Shown here: positions 12,218-25,226 of the stretch, in pieces
Numbering within the stretch: the stretch's first letter is position 1
How the letters are laid out: the number at the start of each line of letters is the position of its first letter
DNA from: Polymyxa betae A26-41
Taxonomy: Eukaryota > Protista > Endomyxa: Phytomyxea
Assembly (NCBI GenBank): GCA_003693705.1
Contig: RBZT01000954.1
Span: 191 to 64,190, forward strand
Direction of reading: 5' to 3'
DNA: 64,000 bases
Program-made: the position numbers and the translations under genes
The notes under the pieces: generated by a model
The model's input: the letters and a program-made list of their open reading frames with translations, nothing else
Told to the model about the DNA's origin: nothing
Databases searched by the model: none

Positions 12218-15200
12218 TCAGAATACTGTGCCATCGCTGCGAATGTGGATTGGAGGTGAACTGTCAGTTCTCATCCTGGCAGCGATAATGCGCCCAGCGC
12301 GCCAAGTCCCACCTTCCAAAACTTTGGGCAACGGAAGTTCCGTTTCTGATAGCTTGAAATGCTGCAAATACTTTGATTGATACAACCATCACACAGGAAA
12401 GAATTTACCTTGCGGACAGCCTCTGCGACCAGATCAATTAAGCACACGGTGCATGCCCGCCATTCAATGACCAATTCAGATCCGACATCGAAATAATTTC
12501 CAAGCGTAGAGGGATTGCGAGGCATTAACACACCAGTATCGACGAATAAACCACCATTACGGTATTCAGCAAGACCAGTGACAAGATGCATGTGCTCGAT
12601 CTATTCAGCAATCAATCAATAAAATTTTCCAAAAGATAGTGGCTCACTTGAATTCCGTTGTTAATTAGCGGCTCCATAATTGACAGCAACAGCCATTGGG
12701 AAAGCTTATGGAAAGGAACCAAATCGCTGCCTGGAACTTTAGTCTTTAGAGGATTATATGACCAGACATCCCCACGACGAACTCCAGAGAGTGTTGTCGG
12801 CCAAACAGACTGCAAACCTTCAATCACAGCGCGCCTGAGATGATCATATCAAATTACAACAGTCAGATTGCAGCAATAATTGAGTACCAAAGTATGCGGA
12901 TTGAAACATGATTCTTTGCATCGACATGTCTCAGTACATAATCTACCACATTGCCTAATGACTCCCATTATATACAAACTTGGTTTGATAGATGTGAACG
13001 CGATACCGGGCCGACAAATTTCGGTGCCAAAATATTCAGGCGACGCATCCAGAGCATCCGCTAATCGATGTAGAAGGCCCAGTCGGCCGTTTACACCAAC
13101 AAGCGGATTGCTTTTGGAGACTTGGAATCCTTTTTGAAGGGTAGAGATGTTTATGCGCTTTAACCCAACTGAGTTGACACGATGGCGTACTGCCTGTTTA
13201 GAGGAATTATTTACTTGTGGTCTAACCCCGGGCAAGCTGGCTTACCTCATCACTTGAGAAGGTTCCTGAAACAAACATATCCAAAACTGCAGAAGCCAGG
13301 CCTTCCGATCTTACCTAATAGTCACATAAATCAAATGAAGATAGATCCAATAAACCTAACCCTAATATTGCCTTCAGAATCGACATACTTCCAATCATTT
13401 CCCGCTCCTGCGTCCAACAAAGAAGCCACTGTAATCAAATCGATCAGCCGCCGACTCTTTTCCCATTTGTCACAAGGCCAGTTCTCTAGCAGGTAGCATT
13501 GAGAAAGAGAGCAAGGATGAAAACAGTAAACCCTACCAGCCATTTGTTCAGCTAGATTGACTCCGTCGACCACGAAATGTCGCATGCGACCATGAAAAGG
13601 GATGTTGAGTTTCGGATACGTTTGTGAAATTGAAGCAACAACTTCGTTCACTGCTTTGGGAAGATTCTCTGTCAAGGTAATCTGCGTTAGTTCAAGCGAA
13701 TAAAGCACATTGAGATTTCATTACCCATATTTAGCTTGAAATGAATAAGACTATCCTTATGCGCTAGACTGAAAACGCGCTGACATCGCTCTCGAACGGC
13801 TTCCAGAGTTCGAATTTCAGCGTTGATATCACTGGCGCTAATAACATCGGTATGGTAACCAGCTGAAACTTTAGCAGTAATTTCAATCTGAAGCAATTAG
13901 AAAAAAGTCAGGCCATAGAAGTTCAGGAAACTTACTTGGGCAGACTCTGGAACCAGATCATCCGGAAGTGATATTCGTTGCATCACTTCGATTCCTGCAG
14001 ATCTTATCGCATCGTATTTATCACTGGACATTGACAGCAGCCAATCAATTCGGGTGATACCAAGCCATAGCAGGACATCTGGCATCAATTCCTGGAACCT
14101 AGAGAGAGTTTAAAACCTGATAGATGTCAAGATTCACTTCAACCTGGCATCCCGAACACCAGCGATCGATTCGGTTTGATAAAAATAGGTTTCCGCTCGG
14201 TCACCGCCTTGCTGCATCCTTCGTGCATTGTAGACCCGAAATTTTGTACCTGACTCCATTAAATGTGGACAGCATGAACCAGCTAATTTGTACATTCTCC
14301 AAGGGCTCGCCCTTCCTTTCGATAATAAGCAATGATACCAACACCTCCACGTTGAGCACATTCTACCGCACCCTATAGAAATTACAATTACCTCATATTT
14401 TGGAGCTTTACAAAGCCTACTTGTATAGCGAAGATGAGGTAGGGCCTGCATGTGCAAATATCGGTTCCGAAGACATCACTTCCATTACATTCATCATGGC
14501 AACGGACTGCAACCTTAAAGGCATTTAGTGTTTAAGAGATGACAGCGATTGGTTAGACTTCAAACCTCAGTTCGTGGATCAGCGAGTTTATCAAGATTGC
14601 CAACAAAATATAACGTCACTCCTCCGACAGGAACAAGATAGGATTTCAGCTGATGGAGAGTCTCAAATCAAGCAAGATCTGAAAAGATTGCGAATAACAT
14701 ACTTCTTCGTTCAAAATATTATTGTTCTGAGTATAACGAGCCAATTTCTCACGAACTAGCTTTTCGCTTAAGCCCAAGCGAGCCGTTAATCCTGGAATGT
14801 TCCACACGTGATCGATGGCGCATTTGATACATTTAATGCCTCCGTCGTCACCAACAATGATGCCATCTCTAGATAACCCTAAAGCAATTATCTTACGTCA
14901 CTGATCGATTCAGCCACAGCAATTGAACCAACTACCCTTCAGTTCTTCAAGGTACATTGTTGCAGTAGTAGCAGCAATTGTTGGGCGCTGTGACCACATT
15001 CCCCAAGGATCAAACGACACAATCTGTCGCCAATGTCCTTGAACAGACGCCTTCTTTAGATGTGAATCCAGGCTCTCGATAAAAAATCTAATATATTCTG
15101 AAACAAGAGAGCATGAACAAGAAAAAGCTTACTCATCCTTCGACCTTCTCATATGGATAGCAGCAAGATCGTTGCCGGATTTTGCTTCCGCAAGAGCATG

Positions 15201-15363
15201 ATAGGGCGAATTCGCACCACCATAAAATCTAGGATTTCTGACTTAGCGAAGTAATTTTGGGAGGATGAGAAGCAAACCCAGCGAATCGACCTGATTCGAG
15301 GTCAGCATGAAGATCAGCAGCAGTATAGGCTGGATCAAAGAGTGGAGTGGAGGTCTTATTCAT
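12218..15363 (-). CDS. URC1/Urg1-type GTP cyclohydrolase II-like domain fused to URC4/Urg3 (DUF1688), multi-exon
   Basis: URC1 motifs: IVSFDPWG..RPTIAAT, VRCHDECNGSDVFGTDICTCRPYL, YYRKEGRALGE, YFYQTESIAGVRDARFQELMPDVLLWLGITRID, MSSDKYDAI, EITAKVSAGY. URC4 motifs: IPFHGRMRHF, LIDLITVASLLDAGAGNDWKY, NPLVGVNGRLGLL, VPFHKLSQWL, TGLAEYRNGGLFVD, IEWRACTV, LEGGTWRAGR, SDGTVF*. Confidence 0.9.
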
Positions 15364-15960
15364 GAAGAATAGAAGAGATGTGAGAGTAGCGAGAGCCTCT
15401 AAAGGGTTACTAGGTGTTACTGTATATAGAGTGCACTTATAGACACTGTCTATAGCGAGGGCAGCCCATTTGCAAAAAGGTCCTTCCGGAATGTTTTTGT
15501 TGTCTACTCTCCATACAACATCACCAAGTCTTTCAGCGATCCATGACTTCACGTCATATCTCGATCATTCGTCTAGAATCTGTAGCCGTTGTTTCACGTT
15601 ATGATGAGAAAGGTATACTGTGATCAAGTATTATAGCCTACGATAACGACCATAGTCAAACTCACAACAGCCTGTTATGATGGCTGCTTTCCATTGCAAT
15701 TGGTTATAGAATACAGAGGCTCATCTTTATCATTCTCTGTGAATTTCAGTTCATTAGAGGTTCACTTTACAATTGTAGGTCTTTAATAATACTTGCAACG
15801 CGATGATGGTATATCGGGTGCTAGATGTCATGAAGCCGAAAACGATTGTGCATTCTATCAGATATGTAAATGGTGCTGCTATTATTGAGATCGAATTTAG
15901 TACTGTACTACCGGCTAAAACCGGCTTTCTGGAACAGGGTTCTACCCATAACCTTGTACA

Positions 15961-17913
15961 ATGGCATCAACTAACCAGTTTGATATCCATTCTGAGGATT
16001 ATGTCAAGAACATGCGGATTCGTTTCCGCGAACAGGCAGCTCGTTTTTTGGAAGATGTTAGTTTTGATGTTGGGGCTGTACTTGCAAGAGATCTGTCTCT
16101 TCAAGACGAAGACACCAAAGTAGGTTTTGATTTTGCGTTCTAATTTTACAGTGAACCAACACTTCATGTGTAGAATAGACTATCTGAGTTACACAAAGGT
16201 CTTTCGGAGCAGGTTCAGCATATGCACAAAGTCATCAAGAAAGATAAAAGTATTCTGGTTGCGTCAACCGCTCATCGAGTAATTTTTAACAATAGAGACA
16301 TAGCTCTAATTCATTTCTCATAACTGTTTCAGCATAAAAAAGACATCCATTTCACACAGAATGAACTAAAAACACTCCAAGAAATAGCGAAACAAGAGGT
16401 AAGAGAATCTGTTTGCCTGCTTTTAAACATTCTCATCATTTCAGAACGACCCAAATGGGGTTGTTTCCATGTTTCTGAAGCGTCGGGAAGAAGGTGCTGC
16501 TCGTAACCGATATAAAGAATTTGTGAAACGTGCTGAAGCCAAGTACTTCGAACATCGCCGAGACGGGCGTAAAGGCAAATTTGATTTCCGGCATGTGATT
16601 CGCGACTCGATGCGTTTAAACACAAATCTCGCCCATTCTTCAGATAACAAGAAGGTCGATAATCATCTTTGCTTTTTGCTTTTTATTAAACGTGCTTGTA
16701 GCGTTCCAAAGCGAATCGTGTGCCAAAGCTTACAATGCCTGGTGAACAACACAGCAAGGAAGATCTCACGTTATCAGAAAAGAGTTCCGATCTAACTCGG
16801 TCTGAGGTTTCAATATCGCCGAATTCAGATCATCCGACTTCGATTCGATCGGCCCCGAACATGCTTTCAGCAAGGCTGGCTTCTTATAAATCAGCCAATC
16901 ATTCAACTCGGTGGAAATGTCGAGATCAGCTAGACCCAGATTCTGAAGCGGTTAAAACTATAGTGAATGAATTAGCAGAAACAGTAGAACTTCTCCTCGA
17001 TTTCGAGCATCAACCATTCCATACTGCAGTACCTCCTCAGTACTCGTTTTACAAACAGAATGACACAATTGGAGATATTCAACCCGACCAAGCTGAAGAA
17101 GGCGAACCTGCTGTTGATGATGAAGATCGTAACGATGGCTATTATGGAATTTCTGGTGAACCTAACAGTAATATATCTGAAGATCAACCAGATCAACCAA
17201 ATGATGATTATGAACTTATGCAAAAGCTGGGGCGTTCTTTGAATGATGACGACGAAACAGTCGTCGATGATGAGATCATTGACGATAAAGCCTCTTCTAG
17301 ATGCGATGACGCAGAAGGAAGAATTGGAGTTGATGAGGCTAATGCATTTGAAGAAAGCAAAGAGTCAGCACATCATGAACTGCAGATAATGAATGCTGTT
17401 ATAGAGAACACTCTGAGCGATACTGAAGTCCAGGAGGTAATGCAAGAAGTTTTAACCGCCGAAATTCAGCCTGTTCTTGATGAGATCGACGAAGAGAAAG
17501 AAGACAGCAATATCGATCACATGCAGTTTGAATTAGATGAACCGAAACCGATATCTGTTCTAGTAGAGAAATCTATGAAATCTGTTTCATCTCGAGGTCA
17601 ATCAAATCAATCCACTCAGCAACGATTTATGGCTCCGAAGAGCCTTCAAACCGAATCAACTCGGAGATGTCACAGGGTGAATCGTGAATCTACGACGACG
17701 ATACCTCAATATCGCCGAACAGTAAGTTTGTTGAAGGAAACTGCTTGAGAATAGCCTGATCATGTTCTATAGGGTAATCGATCTCGGTCACCATGGCGAC
17801 ATCCAGAGCGGTTCCCTCAAATTCGAAATGTGAAATCTCGGCCACATTTCAAGAAGCAGCTGAAACCCTTAGCTCGTAATCAGTCGAACGTTAAATTACT
17901 CGATACAAAATAG
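15961..17913 (+). CDS. Hypothetical protein (helical N-terminus, long acidic disordered C-terminus), multi-exon
   Basis: Plus-strand ORFs 15961-16143, 16469-16795 and 16720-17748 are joinable through ~55-nt GT-AG introns. The final exon ends ...VKLLDTK* at 17913. Confidence 0.65.
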
Positions 17914-18308
17914 TGGAATCGGAACAAACAGATAATAATCTAATAAATAACTGTTATGTACAGAATAGAGCATCATGCATTACATCGGGATTAGAAATTG
18001 CCATATAGCACAAATACAATATAATTAACCGCTAATGCAGATTTAAATTCATATTGAAAACCCCATAACGGGAAAATTCATACTAGCGCAGAAGACGCCT
18101 CGATTTCATAGTTCTGTGCACGTATTTATAGATTTTTTAACCGATATTGACATGGTGAAGAGCTCAGTTGATGAATATGTGAATATATCGAGTTTAATAG
18201 AGTTGATGATATGGAGTTCGGAGTGATGTTTTGAGTCTTTCTGCGATCGCAGACCCGTGATCTATATACAGTAATAATAGCTGTTAGTATCACCATCTCA
18301 TATTAGTC

Positions 18309-19640
18309 ATGAGTTTGCATTATGATCTAACTGGAAACCCGACCCTGCCTCTCGTTGACAAATATCGTCCAACCGACCTGGAACAGATCATTTCCCAGAA
18401 CAACATTGTCCAGACTTTAACGAGATTGATCGAAGAACAGCGACTTCCACATTTGCTGTTTTATGGACCACCAGGTATCCAATTAGCAGCGATTCTATTT
18501 TGCCTTTGCACTTAGCGAATGTTGAGATTGCTAAATGTCAGCTTGATCAGGAACCGGTAAAACTTCCGTTATTCTGGCCTGTGCTCGGAAGATGTATGGT
18601 GAAAAACGGATGCATTCGATGGTGTTGGAGTTGAATGCGAGTGATGAACGTGGTATCGACGTCGTCAGAAATCAGATCAAGACATTCGCTTCGACGCAGC
18701 AGATTTTTTCAAGTGGTGTCAAGCTTGTCATTCTGGATGAGGTTTGACCCTATCTGTATTATTCTGTGCTGAATCTAATTATTCCATTCACCAGGCAGAC
18801 GCCATGACATCAGCCGCCCAATTCGCTTTACGTCGTATTATTGAGAAATATACCAAGACAACGAGGTCCTGCTTTCCAGGATAATCAAACGTTTTGCTGA
18901 CTTCTATTAGATTTTGCTTGATTGCAAACTATACAAATAAGGTTATTCCTGCATTACAATCCAGATGCACCAGATTCAGGTTCAGGGTTTTACATATCAT
19001 TCTCAATTTTTAATTTTGCCCTTGTGTTGTTGTTCTTTCTCAGTAGTGCTCTAATCAATCTTTACAGGTTCGCTCCATTGTCTGATTCAGAAATTACGAG
19101 CAAACTCCAGGCGGTTGCAGAAGCTGAAAGAATCGATATCACATCTGATGGGATCGCCTCCATCATCGACCTAGCTCAGGGTGATATGCGTAAGGTCTTA
19201 AATACTCTACAAACTGTATCTGCTGCATATGGACAAGTTACAAGTGAAAATGTTCATACTTGTACTGGAACACCTCGACCTGAAGATGTTGAGCAAGCTC
19301 TTTCTCATCTTTTAAACTCACCATTCGGTAAATTGGGTTGCCTCTGTCCAATTGCTGCATTGTAATACCTTCATCAGATGAAGCTCGCAAGGGAGTCGCT
19401 GCTATTATTCAAGAAAGAGGTTTGAGTTTAACAGACTTGATTTCACGTCTTCCACCTCTGGTTAGCGCTATCGATGATTTCCCAGCGCCGGTACTGGCGT
19501 ATGCTTTATCTCAATTAGCCGATCTTGAGCAACGGCTATCTCAGGAGACCAATGATCGTATTCAGCTTACGACGCTGGTGTCATTGTTTGTAATTGTTCG
19601 CGATCGAACTCTACAGCATTTTCAGGAAAATGGTCAATAA
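18309..19640 (+). CDS. RFC5: Replication factor C small subunit (human RFC5 / yeast Rfc3 type), multi-exon
   Basis: Motifs [18 protein letters not shown]|[35 protein letters not shown]|[18 protein letters not shown] and [11 protein letters not shown]. Confidence 0.95.
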
Positions 19641-19716
19641 ACTGTCATTGTTCTGTTTTATAAACACAGCCATTTGCATAGCTTTCGCTGTACTACAAAT
19701 TTCAAGACGCTTCCCA

Positions 19717-20673
19717 TTATTTCAAGTATTCAGCCATCTTTGTTTGAACCACAGATTCGAGCTTCTTGCTGTCTGCTGCAAAAGCACGGATTCCTTGGGC
19801 AAGCTTTTCAGTCGCCATCGGGTCTTCATTTAGCATCCATCGAAAGGTTTTCTCATCGACATGAATCTTTTCGATAGGCGCTTGTTTCGCCTGAGCTGGG
19901 TCAAGTTTCCTTTGAACAACACCTGATCCTTTTGACAGCTCCTCCAGGAACTTCGGGCCAATAGTCAATTTTTGGCATCCAGCTAGCTGCAAAATTTCGT
20001 CTTTGTTGCGGAAGCTGGCACCCATGACGATAGTTTTGTACCCAAATTTGGTGAAATACGTCCAAATATCACGAACAGATTTCACACCAGGGTCATCTTC
20101 TGGCTTGTAATTTGACATATCGGTATTTGCTTTATACCAGTCTAATATTCGCCCAACGAAAGGTGACACTAAAGTAGCACCTGCTTCAGCTGCTGCAACA
20201 GCTTGACCGAGAGAGAACATCAGAGTCATATTGACATGAATGTTCTCTTTCTCAAGAATCTTAGCAGCTTGGACACCCTCCCATGTCGATGCAACTTTAA
20301 TGAGGATTCTGTCAGAGGTAATCCCGGCTTCTTTGTAAAGCCCAATCAATTCTCTAGCCTTCTTAACTGTGCCTTTAACATCATATGATAGCCGAGCATC
20401 AACTTCCGTTGACACGACGCCGGGTACAATCCCCAGAATTTCAACACCAAAATTGACAGCAAGTTTGTCCATAGTTTTAGGTAAATCACCTTTTCCAAAC
20501 AGAATCGCATCTTGTACAAGATGTTTATATTCCGGCATTGAAGCGGCAGCGAGAAGCAAGCTGGGATTTGTGGTAGCATCCGTTGGCTTATACTCCTTGA
20601 TGGCGTTAATGTCACCAGTATCGGCGACGACAACGGTGCCCAATGCAATCAGCTGTTCAAGTTCCGACCTCAT
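19717..20673 (-). CDS. TALDO1: Transaldolase (intronless)
   Basis: Motifs [37 protein letters not shown] (Schiff-base Lys), [10 protein letters not shown] and VMGASFRN. Confidence 0.98.
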   Translation of the reverse strand: MRSELEQLIALGTVVVADTGDINAIKEYKPTDATTNPSLLLAAASMPEYKHLVQDAILFGKGDLPKTMDKLAVNFGVEILGIVPGVVSTEVDARLSYDVKGTVKKARELIGLYKEAGITSDRILIKVASTWEGVQAAKILEKENIHVNMTLMFSLGQAVAAAEAGATLVSPFVGRILDWYKANTDMSNYKPEDDPGVKSVRDIWTYFTKFGYKTIVMGASFRNKDEILQLAGCQKLTIGPKFLEELSKGSGVVQRKLDPAQAKQAPIEKIHVDEKTFRWMLNEDPMATEKLAQGIRAFAADSKKLESVVQTKMAEYLK

Positions 20674-20846
20674 TATTGCTTATGATTGTACTAAGTGCGA
20701 CCCTGACCACAGATTTCTATAAAACCTGCGTCTCTGATATCAATAAATATACTAGAAGTAACTGGACTCTTCTAGACATTAATACATTCCATTCATCTCC
20801 TGTAGCCATTCAATATCAAGCAATTTCCAACACAGATTCAGTATGT

Positions 20847-22974
20847 TTATTTATCTCGCTGTAATATAGCACGAGCACGTGCTTCAATGTCGTCTTCGTT
20901 ATCAGAACCACCTGACGACATAAGATCTGGGCATTCACTCTGGTCGCTATCGCTGACATCGCCTAATACTGCCCTGGGCTCTTCAACTCGTCGTCTTTTT
21001 ACTTTCAGTTTCTCATCGCGATGAAGTAGTTGAATACGTCGCTTTTCAACGGATTTATCAACAGTCTGATCAGCATTGGCCAGATTAGATTTGATCATTT
21101 CTGCATATTGTTGTACAGAATATTTGCTAACAGCCACTGATTCAGAATGTGATCTCTCATCTTCAATATATACTGGTTCAGCCTCTTTCACTTTAACAAA
21201 ATCGATCTCATCCTCTTCATCACTGTCGTCACAATGACGATGAAGAACGTTATTTCCCTTCTTTTGCAATAGTTTTTGGAGCTTATCTTGAGGTTGTACT
21301 GCTGTAGCCTTCGGTATCAGATTTCTTGGCAAATTTTTCAAATCGTGTTTCGATTGCCCTGAAGCCCCTTTCAGTTTGATTTTCGGTGTGCCACTCAGAC
21401 CCATTGATAGAGCCAATTCATTCAGTGGAATCTTATCCAACATAAACACGCTTTTATCTGATGCTAAATGTACCTAATAACACAGTTACTGAAGGATCAC
21501 TGATTTTTACAAACTAGAACTAAATTAAACAAGGGGGAGTGGTTGACAATAGAAAATGTGGAAAAGAAGAAAAATGTGAACATACAGCTCGACAATAGCT
21601 GACAAAAGCAGCTTGAGCACAGTATTTCAAGTCTTGAGATTGTGCTAAGAACGAACGAATTCTATCTGCAGTTCCAGCGTGTAAATGAGCAGGATTAGCT
21701 TTCACTTTTTGCAATTCAATGCCTCGTGCTTGACACAAATCGATCATGGATTTCTCGCTGTCCAACAGGAACATAAGAGCTCGTCCAGTGGCTGTAAATC
21801 TTGCAGTACGACCAACACGATGAATATAAGTCTCTACTGAGTCTGGACAATCGAATTGGATCACCCAGGAGACGCTTGGAAAGTCGAGACCTCGTCCTGC
21901 CAGATCGGTGGCAAACATTAAGCCATGTGAAGCTTCAAGGAAACTATTATAGGCTGCAAGACGCTGAGCTTGAGACATTCCTGAATGTAGTTGATAGAGA
22001 GTGCTCGAACTAATCTTGGTCGAAATCATGCCCAGAACTTGATACAGAAAGCGAACCTGCTTTCTGCTGGCAACAAATACGAGAATTTTGTCAGAAGTGT
22101 GTGATAGCAGGAACGAATACAGCAGATCGATCTTTTGTGATGCATTACAAACTATGTATGATTGAGACAGCCTTGGTGGAGTTACTCGAGATTCTTCATG
22201 AACAGCAACATATTCAGGATCTTTTAGAGCAAGACGAGCCAAAGTCGACACCTTCTTCGTCTGTGTTGCTGAAAACAGCATTGTTTGACGTTCAGTTGGA
22301 AGATTGTTAAGAATGGCATCGAGTGTGGTCTTAAATCCCATATCTAGACATCGATCTGCTTCATCAAGTACAAGAACCTTTAGATTATCAGCATTAAATG
22401 TTGCCGTATTATCCATATGATGTAATATACGTCCAGGTGTGCCAACAATCACATTCATTTGAGCAATATGAGGTGCTTCATCATCGTAATCTTTCCCACC
22501 AATAACGAGCCCAGCACTAATACTCTGATGATATCTTCCAACAGTTCGAAGTGTCTCAAAGATCTGTAGAGCTAACTCTCTTGTTGGACTAATAATCAAT
22601 GCAACCAATCCAGCTTCTGGTGTCACATAATCATGATAAAGACGTTCAAATACAGGAACAAGAAATGAGAGAGTCTTGCCTTGACCTGTTCTGGCAGCAC
22701 CAAGTATATCTCTACCACATATACCATGAGGTATAGCAGCTCTTTGTATAGCAGTCATTCGTTTGAATTTGTTCTGTTTCAATCCTTCTAATGTGAATGC
22801 AGATAATGGTAATTGAGAGAATAGTTTCGGTGCACCAGGAGCTTGAGAATGTGCAGATCCAGAACCAATAGCTGGAGCACTAGCATGAACTTGTTCTAAT
22901 AGAGCATCTGGCCTGATAATCTCACCAGAGACAATCGGCATCTGCTTCCTTTGTTTCTTCCCCTTTTTCACCAT
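20847..22974 (-). CDS. DDX10: DEAD-box RNA helicase DDX10/DBP4
   Basis: Q motif, ARTGQGKT, SPTRELALQ, GTPGR, LVLDEADRCLDMGF, FSATQTK, GRGLDFP and YIHRVGRTAR. An intron at about 21472-21585 joins the C-terminal exon. Confidence 0.95.
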
Positions 22975-23091
22975 CTTTTAATTTCCAGGAAATATTTCAA
23001 AATGGATCCATGACCGCGGACTCCGTAAGGACTCCAACACAATTTTTTGAAGAATTTTCTGAAGTCTGAATCTGACCGAGATTATCGAACA

Positions 23092-23469
23092 ATGGATCTA
23101 GGTTTAGAGTCGTTAAATGAATGTATTGCTGAGTTACACGAAGAGAAGCTTGAACGTCAAGAGCTTGCTGTATGTGCTGCTATTGAACAGGTTAAAGTGA
23201 CTCAAAGCCCATTCGCCACTCTACCTGTTCAGTCTGGGTCAAGTCTCGAGCTGCATTCGGCTATTGTTCAACATTATCAGCAACGGCATCAGATCGGAGA
23301 CAAGATCAGGGATGAACGTCGTCGCAAAACCGAACGTGGACGGATTGCGAAAAGGAAGGGCACCGATTATCACGACAAACAGAATAAGAACTTTGGTGTT
23401 GGTCGTGGACGTCCATCATTGAAAACAAATGGCAAACGAAGTGAAAGAAGGCGAGGTGCCTCTAAGTGA
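23092..23469 (+). CDS. Small hypothetical protein with a basic C-terminus
   Basis: 125-aa ORF from the ATG at 23092, with a helical N-terminus and K/R-rich tail. It lies head-to-head with DDX10 about 120 bp away. Confidence 0.55.
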   Translation: MDLGLESLNECIAELHEEKLERQELAVCAAIEQVKVTQSPFATLPVQSGSSLELHSAIVQHYQQRHQIGDKIRDERRRKTERGRIAKRKGTDYHDKQNKNFGVGRGRPSLKTNGKRSERRRGASK

Positions 23470-23526
23470 ATCTGTTCATTGGTTTCACTGTAAATGTTGA
23501 TGTTGTTAGAGATGATATTGTATTGA

Positions 23527-25226
23527 TCAATGTTGTGGTGAAGATATATCATGACCAGCACCACCACCACCATATGCAACAGATTTCTCTAAACTTCTTC
23601 CTTCTTTACTGAGGACAGTCTCCCTTCTCATTGATGATATTGTATGTCGTAGCGATATCGAATTTTGATATTTCTTCTTGCGTTCTTTCCGTTTCTGCAG
23701 AAATCGGGGAAGAGAATCGGCAGCGAGTAGGCCGAAGATCGATGTTGATGCCTGATCTAGTGCAGCGACACATTTTTGAATTAGCTGTATTTGTGTCTCT
23801 ATGGTGAATATCTCAACACTTCTTAATGCTTTTACACTGCTGTTAATGTCATTCCGGATCGCATTCGGCAGATTTACTTGAAATCTGCTGGAATCCGATA
23901 TGAATTCATTAAAGATGGTATTGATAGACTCCTGAATCTCAAATACCACATCTGGATCCGTAAATGGTAAACAACTTCTGGACTTATTCGATAAATCTTT
24001 ACACAGATCATAAAAGATCAGATTCTCTGATAGCAATCGATCAGTAATCCCATAAATAAAGGCTTATCTGTCACTTTACCCATACTGAATTGATTCTCAA
24101 GAAATCGTCTGAATTGTTCCTTATACCGAGAGTTCGATAGAATCTAATGATATGGGTCAAGAGCTGGAGATCAAAACACCAATACTAAAGAAACCAGTTG
24201 AAAACCAAATCTTGTGATGATTTTGCAATAATGATAAATGGGAAATACCTCATGAAGTCTCTGATTATTTGCATCACTCTTTGATACAATATGTTCTCGA
24301 TGTCTATATAAACGAAGTAGTGGCAGAACCAGTGATATAAATACCACCAGACATAGCTGAATAGCGCTTAACCCATGATTATACCAGAACAGAAAATCAA
24401 GGACAACATTGGGTGGCAGAGTACTCAGTTTAGCAGGTTGGAAAGCGATTACATTCTGGACGATCCCACCTATAGATTTAAGGATCTGAAACACAATAAA
24501 AACGATGGAGATCATGGTAAGTTCGCGTTTATGTTTGCTGCTATCGTCCTTGCCCTTGAATTGCCACAACATCATCATGGTACATAACAGAACGAATCCT
24601 GGAATTAAGTTCATGAGGTAATGTTCAGGTTGTAGTTTACAACCATCAAAGTATTGAACGAATATGATGGGTAGCCATGTCACAGCACAGAATGATAATG
24701 ATATCATCAATAGTACAGGCGTAGAGCCCATCGTCTTATGCTTTGTAATGAAGGCATTTACACGAACCCTAACAGACTGCTTTCTTGATTTGATCTCGTC
24801 CCTATCCTTGGTAGGTAACTGATAGATATGAAACCATCTGGTCTGTTCAGATACGCGAGCGAATTGGACCATTAAAACCCAGGTTCTGGCCAGATAAACA
24901 GTTGCTGTTACTGGAACCAATGATGATGATATAACAGCATAAACACCACAATAAATCTTTGATGAACTGATATCAATCATTAATAGTACAGATTCTAATA
25001 TCAATGCACAGCCAACAGCCACAAACAAGGAGATATTGGATCCAGCATCACCATGAATATGATTTAGCTTACGACGATGTGCAATCAGGTACACCATACA
25101 AGATACTCCAACAATTAATGAAAGCACAACTATGAATTGAGTCCCTTCTCGTACTATAATGGCAGTATTCTCGCTCAGCATATAGTTGCCACTGGCCAAC
25201 GATGATGTATTGTCGGATCCATTCAT
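23527..25226 (-). CDS. Multi-pass (7TM-like) receptor fused to an RGS domain, paralog 1
   Basis: Six or seven hydrophobic segments follow an N-glycosylated N-terminus (NGS, NTS). RGS motifs FRRFLENQFS|ENLIFY, IFNEFISDSSRFQVNLP and IFGLLAADSLPRFL. Two introns. Confidence 0.85.

Noticed and set aside
19717-20673. Intronless transaldolase as a possible bacterial horizontal transfer
   Set aside because: Eukaryotic and TalB-type enzymes are too similar to separate by eye, and other long exons occur nearby. A phylogeny would be needed.
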